Assembly: GCA_964510025.1 (NCBI GenBank)
Contig: CAZDZV010000005.1
Span: 1-64,000, forward strand
DNA length: 64,000 nt
Origin: an uncultured Methanosarcinales archaeon
Lineage (GTDB): Archaea; Nanobdellota; Nanobdellia; Woesearchaeales; DATDXC01
Direction: 5' to 3'
Positions 9,384 to 19,400 of the stretch are shown one piece after another; position 1 is the first letter of the stretch; the number at the start of each line of letters is the position of its first letter. The position numbers were made by a program, and so were the translations under genes. A model generated the notes under the pieces. That model saw nothing but the letters and a program-made list of their open reading frames with translations, made no database searches and was not told the DNA's origin.

Positions 9384-10139
9384 ATGAAGAAATCCGGCCA
9401 TAAGAATATTCTTGCTATGGTTATAATCCTTATTGCCATCATAATATTGACCATCCACAGATTTAATCTGGACATTGTCTTCACAAATGCAGAGAAAGCC
9501 AGGGAAATGATAACAAGCTTTGGATTCTGGGGGCCTCTGGTGCTGATGCTGCTGCTTTTCCTTGCTGTCATCCTTTTTGTCTTTCCAAGTGTCATACTGA
9601 CAGTAATCGGCGGATACCTGTACGGCCCTTTTTTCGGCACCATTTATTCGGTCATTGGAGTGCTCGCAGGTTCGATAGTTGTCTTTTCATTGAGCAGGAA
9701 ATACGGCAGGTCATTCGTTGAAAGGCATGTGCATAGGAAGGACCTGGAACACTTTGATGTCTTTTTCAAGAAAAGGGGGCTTCAGGCCTTCTTCATTTCA
9801 AGGCTTATCCCGCTGATACCTAATGATGTCGTCAATCTGATCGCCGGGCTTACAAAGATATCAAGGAAGGACTTCATATGGATAACCCTTCTTGGGTACA
9901 TACCTGAGACTGTGCTTTACACTATGTTCGGCAAGCAGTTTTTTTCAGGCATACTGGATATCAAGATGGTCCTGCTTGTGCTGCTGGTCTGGCTGTTCTT
10001 CCTAATATATATTTTCAGGCAGCAGCTGAGGGTGCTGCTGATAAAAGAGATCAGGGCTTTTGAAAAAAAATTAGAAAGAGAAGAGCATTTCCTAATAAAA
10101 GACCTCAAGGAGATGGTGAGATATCTTAGGTTTTCATGA
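9384..10139 (+). CDS. TVP38/TMEM64 (DedA/VTT) family membrane protein
   Basis: GGYLYGPFFG, SRLIPLIP, AGLTKIS motifs. Confidence 0.9.
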   Translation: MKKSGHKNILAMVIILIAIIILTIHRFNLDIVFTNAEKAREMITSFGFWGPLVLMLLLFLAVILFVFPSVILTVIGGYLYGPFFGTIYSVIGVLAGSIVVFSLSRKYGRSFVERHVHRKDLEHFDVFFKKRGLQAFFISRLIPLIPNDVVNLIAGLTKISRKDFIWITLLGYIPETVLYTMFGKQFFSGILDIKMVLLVLLVWLFFLIYIFRQQLRVLLIKEIRAFEKKLEREEHFLIKDLKEMVRYLRFS

Positions 10140-10743
10140 TCCTTATAGGTATGCTGAAAGGAGCTAGGTAGGGGCCCATTGATTGACTGAATTTTATCCT
10201 TGTTCTTCTTTTCTTGATTGCTTCTCTCAGGTCTCCATCAAATAAGGTCAGGCCATTTCCAATCTCAACTGGAAAGTGCGCATCAGAGCCAGCTATCCCT
10301 GCTAATGAAAGCCGCTGAGCCAGCCTCTTTGCTTTTTCATTCTGCCAAAAAAATGTCCTTCCGTTGAAGATCTCAATTGCCTGCGCCTGTTTTGCAAATT
10401 CCTCCCTAAAAGAGGAGAACCTGTAGGGATGAGCTATTGATAGGACAGCATCCTGGGCCCTTGCCTCATCGACAATCTCAGTGAAGTCTGTTGTCTTTAT
10501 CCTATCCTGGACATAGTAGACGAGGATATCGCCAAACTGGGTCGTTATCTCCATCGAAGGTATGACCTCAAAACTCCTGTCTCTGTTCAGCTTGGCTGCA
10601 GCTAATGATCCCCCCACAGAGTTATGGTCAGCTACGGCAATTCCAGCTAGACCTTTTTTTTTGGCGACCTTCAATATGCGCCTGGGATCCATCATGCTGC
10701 ACGGTGAATATTTTGAATGGATATGGAGATCATAGCTTTTCAT
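10126..10743 (-). CDS. PHP domain metal-dependent phosphoesterase
   Basis: DLHIHS, ADHN, AHP, GSDAH motifs. Confidence 0.9.
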   Translation of the reverse strand: MKSYDLHIHSKYSPCSMMDPRRILKVAKKKGLAGIAVADHNSVGGSLAAAKLNRDRSFEVIPSMEITTQFGDILVYYVQDRIKTTDFTEIVDEARAQDAVLSIAHPYRFSSFREEFAKQAQAIEIFNGRTFFWQNEKAKRLAQRLSLAGIAGSDAHFPVEIGNGLTLFDGDLREAIKKRRTRIKFSQSMGPYLAPFSIPIRIMKT

Positions 10744-10822
10744 AGGGTGATGGAATTTCTGACATAATTAAAACCTTTCTGTTTTCATAAGATTTATATA
10801 ATTATATGGTGTTGTTCATGTT

Positions 10823-11260
10823 ATGAAGGTATTTATCGGATCTGACCATGCGGGATTTGACCTAAAAAATCGGATCATGCAGTTTCTGGAAAATAAGGGA
10901 TGCTATTATGAGGATGTCGGAACAATGTCCAAGGATTCCGTGGACTATCCGCTGGTCGCTGCGAAAGTCGCCCATAAGGTTTCCAGAGATTCCGGAGTGG
11001 GGATACTGATATGCGGCACAGGGTTAGGGATGTGCATGGCGGCAAACAAGATAAGGGGCATAAGGGCTGCCCTATGCTACAACAAAAGCTCGGCAAAGAT
11101 GGCGCGGCTTCATAATGATGCCAATGTTCTCTGCCTGGGCGGAAGAGAGCTTAAGGAAGATGAAGCAGTGGAAATATCAAAAATATTTCTTGAGACTGAT
11201 TTCAGCAATGAGGACAGGCATAAAAGAAGGATTAAGCAGATAATGGATCTTGAAAAATGA
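10823..11260 (+). CDS. rpiB: Ribose-5-phosphate isomerase B
   Basis: GSDHAG, CGTGLG, ANKIRGIRAA, HNDANVL, RHKRR. Confidence 0.95.
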   Translation: MKVFIGSDHAGFDLKNRIMQFLENKGCYYEDVGTMSKDSVDYPLVAAKVAHKVSRDSGVGILICGTGLGMCMAANKIRGIRAALCYNKSSAKMARLHNDANVLCLGGRELKEDEAVEISKIFLETDFSNEDRHKRRIKQIMDLEK

Positions 11261-11703
11261 ACATTCTTAGCTATGCTCTAGCTGCAATTGTTGCATATCT
11301 TGGCATAGCTGCCGGACTTGTGATCATCAGGTCAGCGAAGGAAGAGCAGAAAGCCGGCAAAAGGTATTTTCTGGCGCTGCAGAAAACAGTGCTAATCTTG
11401 ATCTTTATCTCGCTATTTTATTTCATGGATATAAGTCTGCTGCTCATTCTCTCAGCAGCCATATCGGCAGCTGCATACCATAAGAATGGAAGCAGCTACT
11501 ATATGTATCCGGTCTTTGCGGTGCTTTTCTATATGGGCTCCATTAGCAAAGAGCTCCTGTTCATCCTGGCTGTGCTGCTGTTCATATATGGACTTGCAGT
11601 ATCTGGAATACTGTTCACCAAAAAGAATTACCTGGAAATACTGGTGAAGCACAGCTCTTTCCTGCTTATCTCAGCAGCCTTTATCGCTGCAGCAGTGTTT
11701 TAA
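11257..11703 (+). CDS. Hypothetical membrane protein
   Basis: 148 aa, strongly hydrophobic, overlaps the rpiB stop (ATGA). Confidence 0.75.
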   Translation: MNILSYALAAIVAYLGIAAGLVIIRSAKEEQKAGKRYFLALQKTVLILIFISLFYFMDISLLLILSAAISAAAYHKNGSSYYMYPVFAVLFYMGSISKELLFILAVLLFIYGLAVSGILFTKKNYLEILVKHSSFLLISAAFIAAAVF

Positions 11704-12331
11704 GAAACCTATAGGTGACTGTGACAGGGTTTATGTGGGAGACCTGCACCCCGTATATTGTCTCTATTGGAACATGGCCGATGCTGTACCCTTTTCTGGC
11801 AGCTTTCACTATCAGCTCTGTCTCAAGCTGATAGCCGTCATTTTCAAGCTTTAAGTCCTTGAACACATGTGTCTTTATCAGCCTGAATCCTGACTGGCTG
11901 TCTGAGACTTTCTTGCCTGTTATGGCAGAAACCATGAAAGAGGAGACAGAGTTTGCAAGGATTCTTCTCAGGGGCATATTCCTCACATTATGCATCCTGC
12001 TGCCGATAACGATGTCATAAAGCCTGGATTTCTTAATGAATCCCGGAATATCAAATGCTTTATGCTGGCCGTCTGCGTCTATTGTTATCACTGCATCAAA
12101 CCCTTTGTCCAGCGCATAGTTGAAACCGATCTTGAGGGCTGCACCCTTGCCCTTGTTTTTCTTGCACCTTATTTTTTTAATTCCCTTTATCTTCCCTATA
12201 TGCGCTGCGCTGCTGTCTGTAGAGCCGTCATCTACTATAAGGATGTCCTTCACATATTTTTTTACCTGCGGAACAAGATGTGAAAGGTATTTGCCATGAT
12301 TGTAGCATGGGATAAGCGCGAGTATTTTCAT
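11681..12331 (-). CDS. Glycosyltransferase family 2 (DPM1-like)
   Basis: IPCYN, VDDGSTD, GKGAAL, DADGQH, DSQSGFR. Confidence 0.92.
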   Translation of the reverse strand: MKILALIPCYNHGKYLSHLVPQVKKYVKDILIVDDGSTDSSAAHIGKIKGIKKIRCKKNKGKGAALKIGFNYALDKGFDAVITIDADGQHKAFDIPGFIKKSRLYDIVIGSRMHNVRNMPLRRILANSVSSFMVSAITGKKVSDSQSGFRLIKTHVFKDLKLENDGYQLETELIVKAARKGYSIGHVPIETIYGVQVSHINPVTVTYRFLKTLLQR

Positions 12332-12367
12332 AATCCGGGAGAAAATGAGGCGCTATATAAATATTTG

Positions 12368-13261
12368 CTATTGTTTTTTACGGAAGGCTATATACTCAAA
12401 TATTATCTTAGGTATGTCTATCTTGGTAGCTTTTTCAAAGCCCTGAAAACCGGGGGCTGAGTTTACCTCACACACAAGGTACTTATCTCCATCAAAAAGG
12501 ATGTCAACGCCAGCTATGTCAAGATTGAGTATGCGGGCAGATTCGAGCGCCAGCCACTCTATATCAGGAGTGATTTGAAAAAATTCCACCTTGCCTCCCT
12601 GGGAGTAGTTTGCCTTAAATCTGCCTTTTTTCGCTGTCCTCAGCATAGCGCCATATGCCTTTCCGCCGATCACTATAACCCGGATGTCGCGGCCTTTGCT
12701 TGACTTGACAAATTCCTGCAGTATGATATTTGTCTTTGAATCCTTGGATATCTCTATAAGGTCCATTGTGTCTTTCAGCTTGGACCTGCTCTCGCAAAGA
12801 AATACTCCCTTTCCAAAAGAGCCTGAAACTGTCTTGAGGACAATCGGAAAACTAAACTCCTTCCTGACAACACCCATATTTATCGGAAACTTGGCCAGCT
12901 GGGTCTTTGGTATCGGGATATTATTAAGCTTAAGTATCTGAAGAGCCGACAGCTTGTCCTTTGACAGTGCGATGCTATCGCTTGAATTGAGCACCAGGAC
13001 ACCTAGATGCTCCAGATGGCGTATTACAGCATGTGCAAAGTAGGTTGTGGCTGAACCCATCCTTGGTAAAAGGCAGTCAGGAAGCATTATGTTCTTGCCC
13101 TGGTAGAATATGCTTGATTTTCCCTCTTTTGTTACGATAATGTCAAAGTCCTCAGGATGCACAACATAGCAGCTGAAGCCCATATGGGAAGCGGTATCCT
13201 TAAGCCGGAGATTAGCAGGAGAGTTGCCCCAGCCATTCTTGGTCAGAATCCATACTTTCAT
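12368..13261 (-). CDS. rimK: RimK family ATP-grasp alpha-L-glutamate ligase
   Basis: DKL, GSFGKGV, QEFV, DIRV, FKANYSQGG, GVDIL, EVNSAPG. Confidence 0.9.
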   Translation of the reverse strand: MKVWILTKNGWGNSPANLRLKDTASHMGFSCYVVHPEDFDIIVTKEGKSSIFYQGKNIMLPDCLLPRMGSATTYFAHAVIRHLEHLGVLVLNSSDSIALSKDKLSALQILKLNNIPIPKTQLAKFPINMGVVRKEFSFPIVLKTVSGSFGKGVFLCESRSKLKDTMDLIEISKDSKTNIILQEFVKSSKGRDIRVIVIGGKAYGAMLRTAKKGRFKANYSQGGKVEFFQITPDIEWLALESARILNLDIAGVDILFDGDKYLVCEVNSAPGFQGFEKATKIDIPKIIFEYIAFRKKQ

Positions 13262-13263
13262 CT

Positions 13264-13362
13264 TCAGAATAAGTCCTGCTTCCTAGACATAAGCTTCTGC
13301 CTCTTGAACCTAGACTTCTGCTTTTCATATTCCTTCTGCTGCAGGTCTGCATCCTCTATCAT
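13264..13362 (-). CDS. Small charged peptide (32 aa) upstream of rimK
   Basis: MIEDADLQQKEYEKQKSRFKRQKLMSRKQDLF; ends 2 nt before the rimK ATG; TTTATA box upstream. Confidence 0.45.
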   Translation of the reverse strand: MIEDADLQQKEYEKQKSRFKRQKLMSRKQDLF

Positions 13363-13403
13363 ATAACCGTGTATGCATTAACTTGTATAAATATTTTCTG
13401 TAA

Positions 13404-14027
13404 TTAGTATCGATATTTCTCCCCTATAAGGCTGCCTATCCTCCTCATAAGATCATCTGTATGGCTTCTCAGCAACTTCCTTGATACTCTGCCATTTTCC
13501 AGGTAAATCGGCCTACCGAACTTGATCTCGGCCCTTTTCAGATTGGGGATAAGCTGGTCATGGGGAGCTATTGCGAATGCCCCTTTTATCCCGACCGGCA
13601 CCAGCGGGACGTCAGCTGCAAGGGCCAGCCTTACAGCTCCTGTACGGCCCTTTTTAAGCTTTCCGTCCAGGCTTCTGCTGCCCCCTGGAAAAAGCGCGAC
13701 GATCTCACCTTTCCTCAGCAATGCGGTCAGGTCTTCGAGAGCCTTTTCCTTGCCTTCATCCAGCGGTATGCATCCTGCCCAGTTCCTGCAGATATTATCG
13801 CCAAACTTGTCCCAGAACCTGCCTTTCATGGCAAGGAAATGGACCTTTCTATCAAGCTTAGGTATCACCACAGAACCGATGAAGAAAGGATCAAGATAGG
13901 AATCATGATTAGCTGCGATGACAAAGGGCGGGCTGGGCAGATTTTCCAAACCTTGCACCTTTCTCAGGAAGAGCCTCAAAAGAGGCCACAGGGTGAGCTT
14001 CAGTACTGGGTATACCATCTTTGCCAT
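13404..14027 (-). CDS. plsC: Lysophospholipid (1-acyl-sn-glycerol-3-phosphate) acyltransferase family
   Basis: NHDSYLD (HX4D), FPGGSRS, GAVRLAL, VPLVPVGI. Confidence 0.85.
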   Translation of the reverse strand: MAKMVYPVLKLTLWPLLRLFLRKVQGLENLPSPPFVIAANHDSYLDPFFIGSVVIPKLDRKVHFLAMKGRFWDKFGDNICRNWAGCIPLDEGKEKALEDLTALLRKGEIVALFPGGSRSLDGKLKKGRTGAVRLALAADVPLVPVGIKGAFAIAPHDQLIPNLKRAEIKFGRPIYLENGRVSRKLLRSHTDDLMRRIGSLIGEKYRY

Positions 14028-14070
14028 TAAACAATAAAAATATTTAAAGATAACTGATTTCCAGGCAGAT

Positions 14071-15519
14071 ATGATAACATTGGTGGACTGCTACACAGAT
14101 GAGCCGGCTGGATTAGGTGTGCCGCCCTATCTTGGAACCTATCCAAGATACATCTATGGGTCTCTGGCTGGAGAAGCTGGCTATATTACGATAGATGATC
14201 TTAGGTACCTGCATTACTATGGCATGGATGCGAAGAAAAAAGAGATCGGCCACAAGACCAACATAAGGATATATAATCTAACCAACCAGGACATCAGGGA
14301 TATACTCAGGAAAACAAGCAAGCTTATTATAATATTGGGGGTGCATACCCCTGGCAAGTACCTGTCTGCGGTCCCTGGCACCTTGAAGGAGATAATGGAG
14401 ATTACTGGAGATATTGACTGTGAGAAGGTCCTGGCAGGTCCTGCTGTATATGGCACCCAGCTGGAGGGCGGCAAATTCGCTGAGCATGTTGATGTGGATA
14501 CAAAGAGATTTGACTTCAGCTATGACCAGATCAGGGAATATTCTGTGAAAGGGGCTGAGCTGATAAAAAAGATAGCTGGCACCAGGATAATTGAGATCGA
14601 GACAGGCCATGGATGCAGCAGGAAGCAGGGGTGCAGCTTCTGCACAGAGCCTCTGAAACATAAGCTTGAGTTTAGGGCAAAAGCTGACATAGTGAATGAG
14701 GTCAAGAGATTCTACGGGCTCGGGTGCAGATACTTCAGGTTGGGAAAGCAAAGCTGCTTCTATTCGCATCCAGAAGCAGAGCTGATCCTGAAGGAGGTCA
14801 GAAAAGCCTGCGAGGGCATAGAGGTGCTCCACATAGATAACGTAAATCCTGTCAGGGTGATCTCAGAACAGGGAAAAAGGATAACCAGGTCTATCGTGAA
14901 ATACTGCACCAGCGGCAATGTGGCTGCATTTGGAGTAGAGAGCTTTGATCCAGAAGTATATAAGCAAAACAACCTAAATTGCAAAGCTGATGATGCTATG
15001 GAAGCGATCAGGATACTAAACAAGTACGGGGCAGAAAAAGGGGAGAACGGCATGCCAAAATTCCTGCCAGGCATTAACCTGCTTTTTGGGCTTAAGGGTG
15101 AAAGCAAAAATACGCATTCCCATAATATGGGATTTCTAAGAAAAATACTCAAGGAAGGGTTATTGTTGAGAAGGATAAATATAAGGCAGGTCTCGATATT
15201 CAGGGGAACTGAGCTTTTTCGTACAGCCAAAAATAGATTCATCCGAAAGAACAAGAAATATTACTGGAAATGGAGAAATGATATCAGGCAGGACATAGAT
15301 TTCAACATGCTGAAGAAGCTGGTTCCTTACGGAAGTGTGCTGAAGAAAGTAAGGATGGAGATCTATGACGGCAACACTACATTCGGGCGGCAGCTTGGCA
15401 CCTATCCGTTGATTGTTGGAGTAAGGCAAAGGCTGGAACTGGGAAAATTCTACGATATCAGGATAAAAGAGCATATGCTCAGAAGCGTCGCAGGGGAACC
15501 TATAAAAAAGTTTATATAA
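14071..15519 (+). CDS. Archaeal radical SAM protein with C-terminal TRAM-like domain
   Basis: DCYTDEPAGLGVPPY N-terminus, CSRKQGCSFC cluster motif, GRQLGTYP. Confidence 0.88.
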   Translation: MITLVDCYTDEPAGLGVPPYLGTYPRYIYGSLAGEAGYITIDDLRYLHYYGMDAKKKEIGHKTNIRIYNLTNQDIRDILRKTSKLIIILGVHTPGKYLSAVPGTLKEIMEITGDIDCEKVLAGPAVYGTQLEGGKFAEHVDVDTKRFDFSYDQIREYSVKGAELIKKIAGTRIIEIETGHGCSRKQGCSFCTEPLKHKLEFRAKADIVNEVKRFYGLGCRYFRLGKQSCFYSHPEAELILKEVRKACEGIEVLHIDNVNPVRVISEQGKRITRSIVKYCTSGNVAAFGVESFDPEVYKQNNLNCKADDAMEAIRILNKYGAEKGENGMPKFLPGINLLFGLKGESKNTHSHNMGFLRKILKEGLLLRRINIRQVSIFRGTELFRTAKNRFIRKNKKYYWKWRNDIRQDIDFNMLKKLVPYGSVLKKVRMEIYDGNTTFGRQLGTYPLIVGVRQRLELGKFYDIRIKEHMLRSVAGEPIKKFI

Positions 15520-15535
15520 GGCAAATCTTAATCAG

Positions 15536-16678
15536 ATGATTATGAAAAGGTCACAGATATCTTCTGCTTTCTTGTATGGGCTTCTGGTGGTTATGGGGAT
15601 AGCAGTTGTATCATTTGGATTTGCAGGCATAAGGCATCTTGGAGAGGCCAATAAGGATGCGCAGCTGTCCAATTTTGTGCTAAGCATGCAGAACAAGATT
15701 ACGGTAAGCAGGCTGAAGCCGAACTCTATACAGGAAGAGATATTTTCGCTGCCGCAGGATATAGACACTGTCTGCTTTGTAGACACAAAAAAGAATTTTA
15801 GGCCGTTTGTAAACAAAGAGCTGGATGAAATCAAAGCAGCATATGGCCAGCACAACCTTTTCCTTAGCCCCTTTGGCAGCTATCCTGCCCACAGATTAGA
15901 GTATCTTGACCTGGACAAGAATCCCCTGTGCCTAAAGGTTATAGACGGGAAGCTGAGAGTCACATTCGAAGGTGATGGAAACTATACAAGGGTAAATGGG
16001 GCAGAAAGAAGGAGCGATGAATGCGTCTCGATAATATATAATCAGGAGCCGGGAGAAAGCATCGATATTGTATTTTTGGGGTATGGCTACAGCGATACCG
16101 GAACTTTTTCCAAGGAAGTCAATGAGTATATCAATGAAGTCTTCTTTGAGATGGAACCATTCAGGTCCAGCAAGGACAAGATAAACTTCTACAGGGTGGA
16201 TGATTTCAGCCTTGAGTGCAGCTTAGGCAGCTATGTAAGCTGTGAGGACTACAAAACAAAGATCCTAGCATCCAACTGCCCTCATGATTACATAATTGTC
16301 ATAGTAGATAGGAGCAAACTTGCTGATACTTTAAGCCCGGTAAGGTCGAGCGCATTAGCCAACATTGCCAAAATCAATACCGCAGACAACAGGTTTGTGA
16401 TAATGCATGAACTGGGCCACACATTTGGCGGACTGGCTGATGAATATGTTGATAAATACTATGAGAATATGGGTTTCAAGGCAGATGAGTACCCGAACTG
16501 CGACACCCAGGGATGCAACAAGTGGTATGGGAAGGAATCAACCGGCTGCTTCGGAGGATGCTCAACAAATGCCTATTTCAGGTCTTCTGAAACATCAATA
16601 ATGAAGGAGCTGAAGGTCCATGATTATGGCGCCCTGAACAAGGAGATAATAAAAAAGAAGATTGATGCTTATGAATAA
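15536..16678 (+). CDS. Surface zinc metallopeptidase, M64 (IgA peptidase)-like
   Basis: HELGHTFGGLADEY zinc motif, DIVF..GY, S..SIM; class III signal peptide-like KRSQ followed by a hydrophobic helix. Confidence 0.82.
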   Translation: MIMKRSQISSAFLYGLLVVMGIAVVSFGFAGIRHLGEANKDAQLSNFVLSMQNKITVSRLKPNSIQEEIFSLPQDIDTVCFVDTKKNFRPFVNKELDEIKAAYGQHNLFLSPFGSYPAHRLEYLDLDKNPLCLKVIDGKLRVTFEGDGNYTRVNGAERRSDECVSIIYNQEPGESIDIVFLGYGYSDTGTFSKEVNEYINEVFFEMEPFRSSKDKINFYRVDDFSLECSLGSYVSCEDYKTKILASNCPHDYIIVIVDRSKLADTLSPVRSSALANIAKINTADNRFVIMHELGHTFGGLADEYVDKYYENMGFKADEYPNCDTQGCNKWYGKESTGCFGGCSTNAYFRSSETSIMKELKVHDYGALNKEIIKKKIDAYE

Positions 16679-17162
16679 GATATTTTTTGTCATGCTGGCG
16701 CTTATGGTTAGCGCTGCGGCTGCTGAAGTAGTGGTGATAGACCTGCACTATGAAGACGGCTATATAACACTGAATGACAAGACAGTGAAGCTAGGATATT
16801 ATCCAGACAGGAAGATACAGCCGGAAAATGGCTACAGGCTTGAGGTAGTCTCGTTTTCTGGCGAGAGCCTATATTCATTCAGGTTCAAGATCCCATTAGA
16901 GATATTCACCGATTATACAGAAGGGGATGAGCTGAAGGGAAATGTCATAAGGCTTAATGCAACAGATTTTTCCCTGATAATACCCGACTATGCAGATGCA
17001 AAGGAAATCAGGTTTTACAATGAAAGGAACTACAAGGTTGCTGAGATCAATGTCCATGAAGAAAAGCTTGCCCCCAAGGGCTCTTATCTGTGGATCATAG
17101 CTGCGGCTGTTGCGGCTGTTGCGGCTTTGTTCATAATAAAAAAGAGACTACGTTCTAAGTAA
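16671..17162 (+). CDS. Secreted protein with C-terminal membrane anchor
   Basis: Signal peptide, C-terminal TM helix and KKRLRSK tail; overlaps the peptidase stop. Confidence 0.78.
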   Translation: MNKIFFVMLALMVSAAAAEVVVIDLHYEDGYITLNDKTVKLGYYPDRKIQPENGYRLEVVSFSGESLYSFRFKIPLEIFTDYTEGDELKGNVIRLNATDFSLIIPDYADAKEIRFYNERNYKVAEINVHEEKLAPKGSYLWIIAAAVAAVAALFIIKKRLRSK

Positions 17163-17657
17163 CCTGTCAGCTTCTGTGGCAATACCCTGGGCCATGTTGG
17201 CCAGCCTGGTCATAGGCTGTTTAAGTGTTGTACCCAGCATCCTGCTGCTCCTTCTGAACCTTTGAGCCATCACAGGATCCTTTTTATCCTCAATAGCCTC
17301 CTGCTTCATGTGGGATATCAAGCGTATCAAAACATAGAGGTCTCCGAACAGATGGTCTATCAGGGTGGAATAGTCTTTTATTGCGCTTTCCAGCCTTTTC
17401 ACAACCTCATTAGCCTCAGCTTCCTCTCTTTTCCTAAGCTGTGCAAATACTTTTCCTGAAGCAGCCTGGTATTTCTCTTTTATCTGCCTGTCTATCACCT
17501 TTTGGTCTTTTGCAGAAGCAAGAAGATTAGAACCTATCTTTCTCACTTCATTGACCTCCTCCCATATCCTCAGGCCTTTAGGTACGAACCTTTGTCTAGC
17601 ATCATTTAAACTGCCCTGTATCTGATTGATTGCCATATTATCACCTTTGATGATCAT
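17148..17657 (-). CDS. Hypothetical helical/coiled-coil protein
   Basis: 169 aa; AGGTGA RBS precedes the internal ATG at 17636, the likely true start. Confidence 0.7.
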   Translation of the reverse strand: MIIKGDNMAINQIQGSLNDARQRFVPKGLRIWEEVNEVRKIGSNLLASAKDQKVIDRQIKEKYQAASGKVFAQLRKREEAEANEVVKRLESAIKDYSTLIDHLFGDLYVLIRLISHMKQEAIEDKKDPVMAQRFRRSSRMLGTTLKQPMTRLANMAQGIATEADRLLRT

Positions 17658-17753
17658 TGATTAACATCTATATAAATTCTTTGATTTTTTTTACTTCTTT
17701 GAAATAGAGAGTAATAGAAAAGTTTAAATAATAGTAAAAGGAAATGTTGATTA

Positions 17754-18659
17754 ATGAGTTATAGCTCTATAGATAACAAAAAGAGGCTATTTTTTCTAAT
17801 GTGCTTGCTGGGTTTGGCGATGGCCCTAAGCGTATGTGCTGACGATGAAAAGTTCCAGCTGAGCGATATGGTTGATACGATATCCGGATTTAATGTTGGC
17901 GAGGCATATGCCAAAGCGCCGTTTGTCATCGATGCGCTAATCTATTTCATCCTGTTTGTGGGTGTTTCGCAGTCAGTTCTTGGCGATAAGTTCAAGGGCT
18001 CTGGCGGCAAGGCGGTTGTTGTTGCGATGGGCATGGCATTGTCTGTTGCTCTTGTGTATTGGTCCTTGCAGACAGGCTTCACGCTGGGCAGCTTAGGCCC
18101 TTTGGCTGCAATAATGTTCGTAATAATCATTGCTTTCTTCATCTATCGGCTTGTCAAAGGAAATGAGAAGGTGGGGGCAGGATTATGGATGGCTATAATA
18201 AGCGTTTACGTGATGATATATGTTTTCTTCCCTGAACTGGTGGCTGCAATGAATGAGTCGGCCTGGGGAAGATTCGCACTGGGGATACTGAATGTATTTG
18301 GCATAATTGCATTGCCGCTGATGTTCTATAATTTTTTCCATAGCGGAAGCATATTAGGTGGGCAAGGCGGAGGAGACTGGGAAGGGGCTGTTCCCTCGAG
18401 CTCCCCATCTTATACCAGAGAGAAGACAAAGCGGAAGAAGGATAAGAGGAAAGCTAAAGAGGATGCGGAGAAATCAGAGGAGGAAATACAGAAACTTAAA
18501 AGACTTGAAAAGGCTCAGGAACAGATAGATAAATATCATGAAAAACTGGACAGTGTTATAGATGAAACACAAGGAAAGGAGCTTGAAAGACTGGATAAGT
18601 TAAGCAGACTGCTGCAAGAACTGAAATCCATACAGAATCAGATTGAAAGGGCTAGCTAA
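17754..18659 (+). CDS. Hypothetical multi-pass membrane protein with C-terminal coiled coil
   Basis: Signal or TM N-terminus, about 5 further TM helices, Gly-rich linker, charged heptad tail. Confidence 0.8.
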   Translation: MSYSSIDNKKRLFFLMCLLGLAMALSVCADDEKFQLSDMVDTISGFNVGEAYAKAPFVIDALIYFILFVGVSQSVLGDKFKGSGGKAVVVAMGMALSVALVYWSLQTGFTLGSLGPLAAIMFVIIIAFFIYRLVKGNEKVGAGLWMAIISVYVMIYVFFPELVAAMNESAWGRFALGILNVFGIIALPLMFYNFFHSGSILGGQGGGDWEGAVPSSSPSYTREKTKRKKDKRKAKEDAEKSEEEIQKLKRLEKAQEQIDKYHEKLDSVIDETQGKELERLDKLSRLLQELKSIQNQIERAS

Positions 18660-18660
18660 G

Positions 18661-19392
18661 ATGGCTCAAGAAATAAGCATCAAGGACCTACTGGATGCCT
18701 ATGACAGGCTTCTTAAGGCTATTTTAGATGAGATAAAAAGGTTGATTGATGACCTGATTATAGAAAGAAAAAGGATTATGGAACAAAAAAAAGTAGAGCT
18801 TGAGGCATATCACAATCAGCAAAGAGAAGATTTTTCGTTGCAGCGTCTTACAGAGGACTTGCAAGGAATGCTGAATCGGATATTGGATCCTCAACACCGG
18901 AGAATTGACCTAATGGATCCCCGTGAATTTAATCAAGAATACTTAACTGGAATTCATACTGAGCTTTCTTTTTCGGAAGCCCAGGCTGGATTGTATCGAG
19001 ATGTGCAGAGATATAAAGAAGCTAGAATAGGATTTGAAGAGGTTCTTAAGTCAGCTCTTGAAGCAGAACAACAGGCTTTGCATAGGGCTCTTGATCCTGA
19101 AATTGCAGCGAGTCTAGTAGCATTACAAAGCCTAAGAGAATATATTAATGATCAGACAAGATGGAAGAGGAGAAGAAAAAAGCTTGATGTTGATGCAATG
19201 GTGAACAAGATACAAGAGGTAAGAAGAGGAATACAAGGAAGGGAGCAGCGTAGGACTGAAGAACAACAATCAACAAGAGAAATTCACCAAAGGATTAGGG
19301 AAAAAGCCGAGCAAACCGCTCGGGCAGGCAGTGATTGCGTTCAGGCTATTGAATCTTACCAATTCACAGCATTGCAAGAGAATACTGAATAA
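18661..19392 (+). CDS. Hypothetical coiled-coil protein
   Basis: E/Q/R/L-rich; ATG 1 nt after the previous stop. Confidence 0.75.
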   Translation: MAQEISIKDLLDAYDRLLKAILDEIKRLIDDLIIERKRIMEQKKVELEAYHNQQREDFSLQRLTEDLQGMLNRILDPQHRRIDLMDPREFNQEYLTGIHTELSFSEAQAGLYRDVQRYKEARIGFEEVLKSALEAEQQALHRALDPEIAASLVALQSLREYINDQTRWKRRRKKLDVDAMVNKIQEVRRGIQGREQRRTEEQQSTREIHQRIREKAEQTARAGSDCVQAIESYQFTALQENTE

Positions 19393-19400
19393 GATCGATT

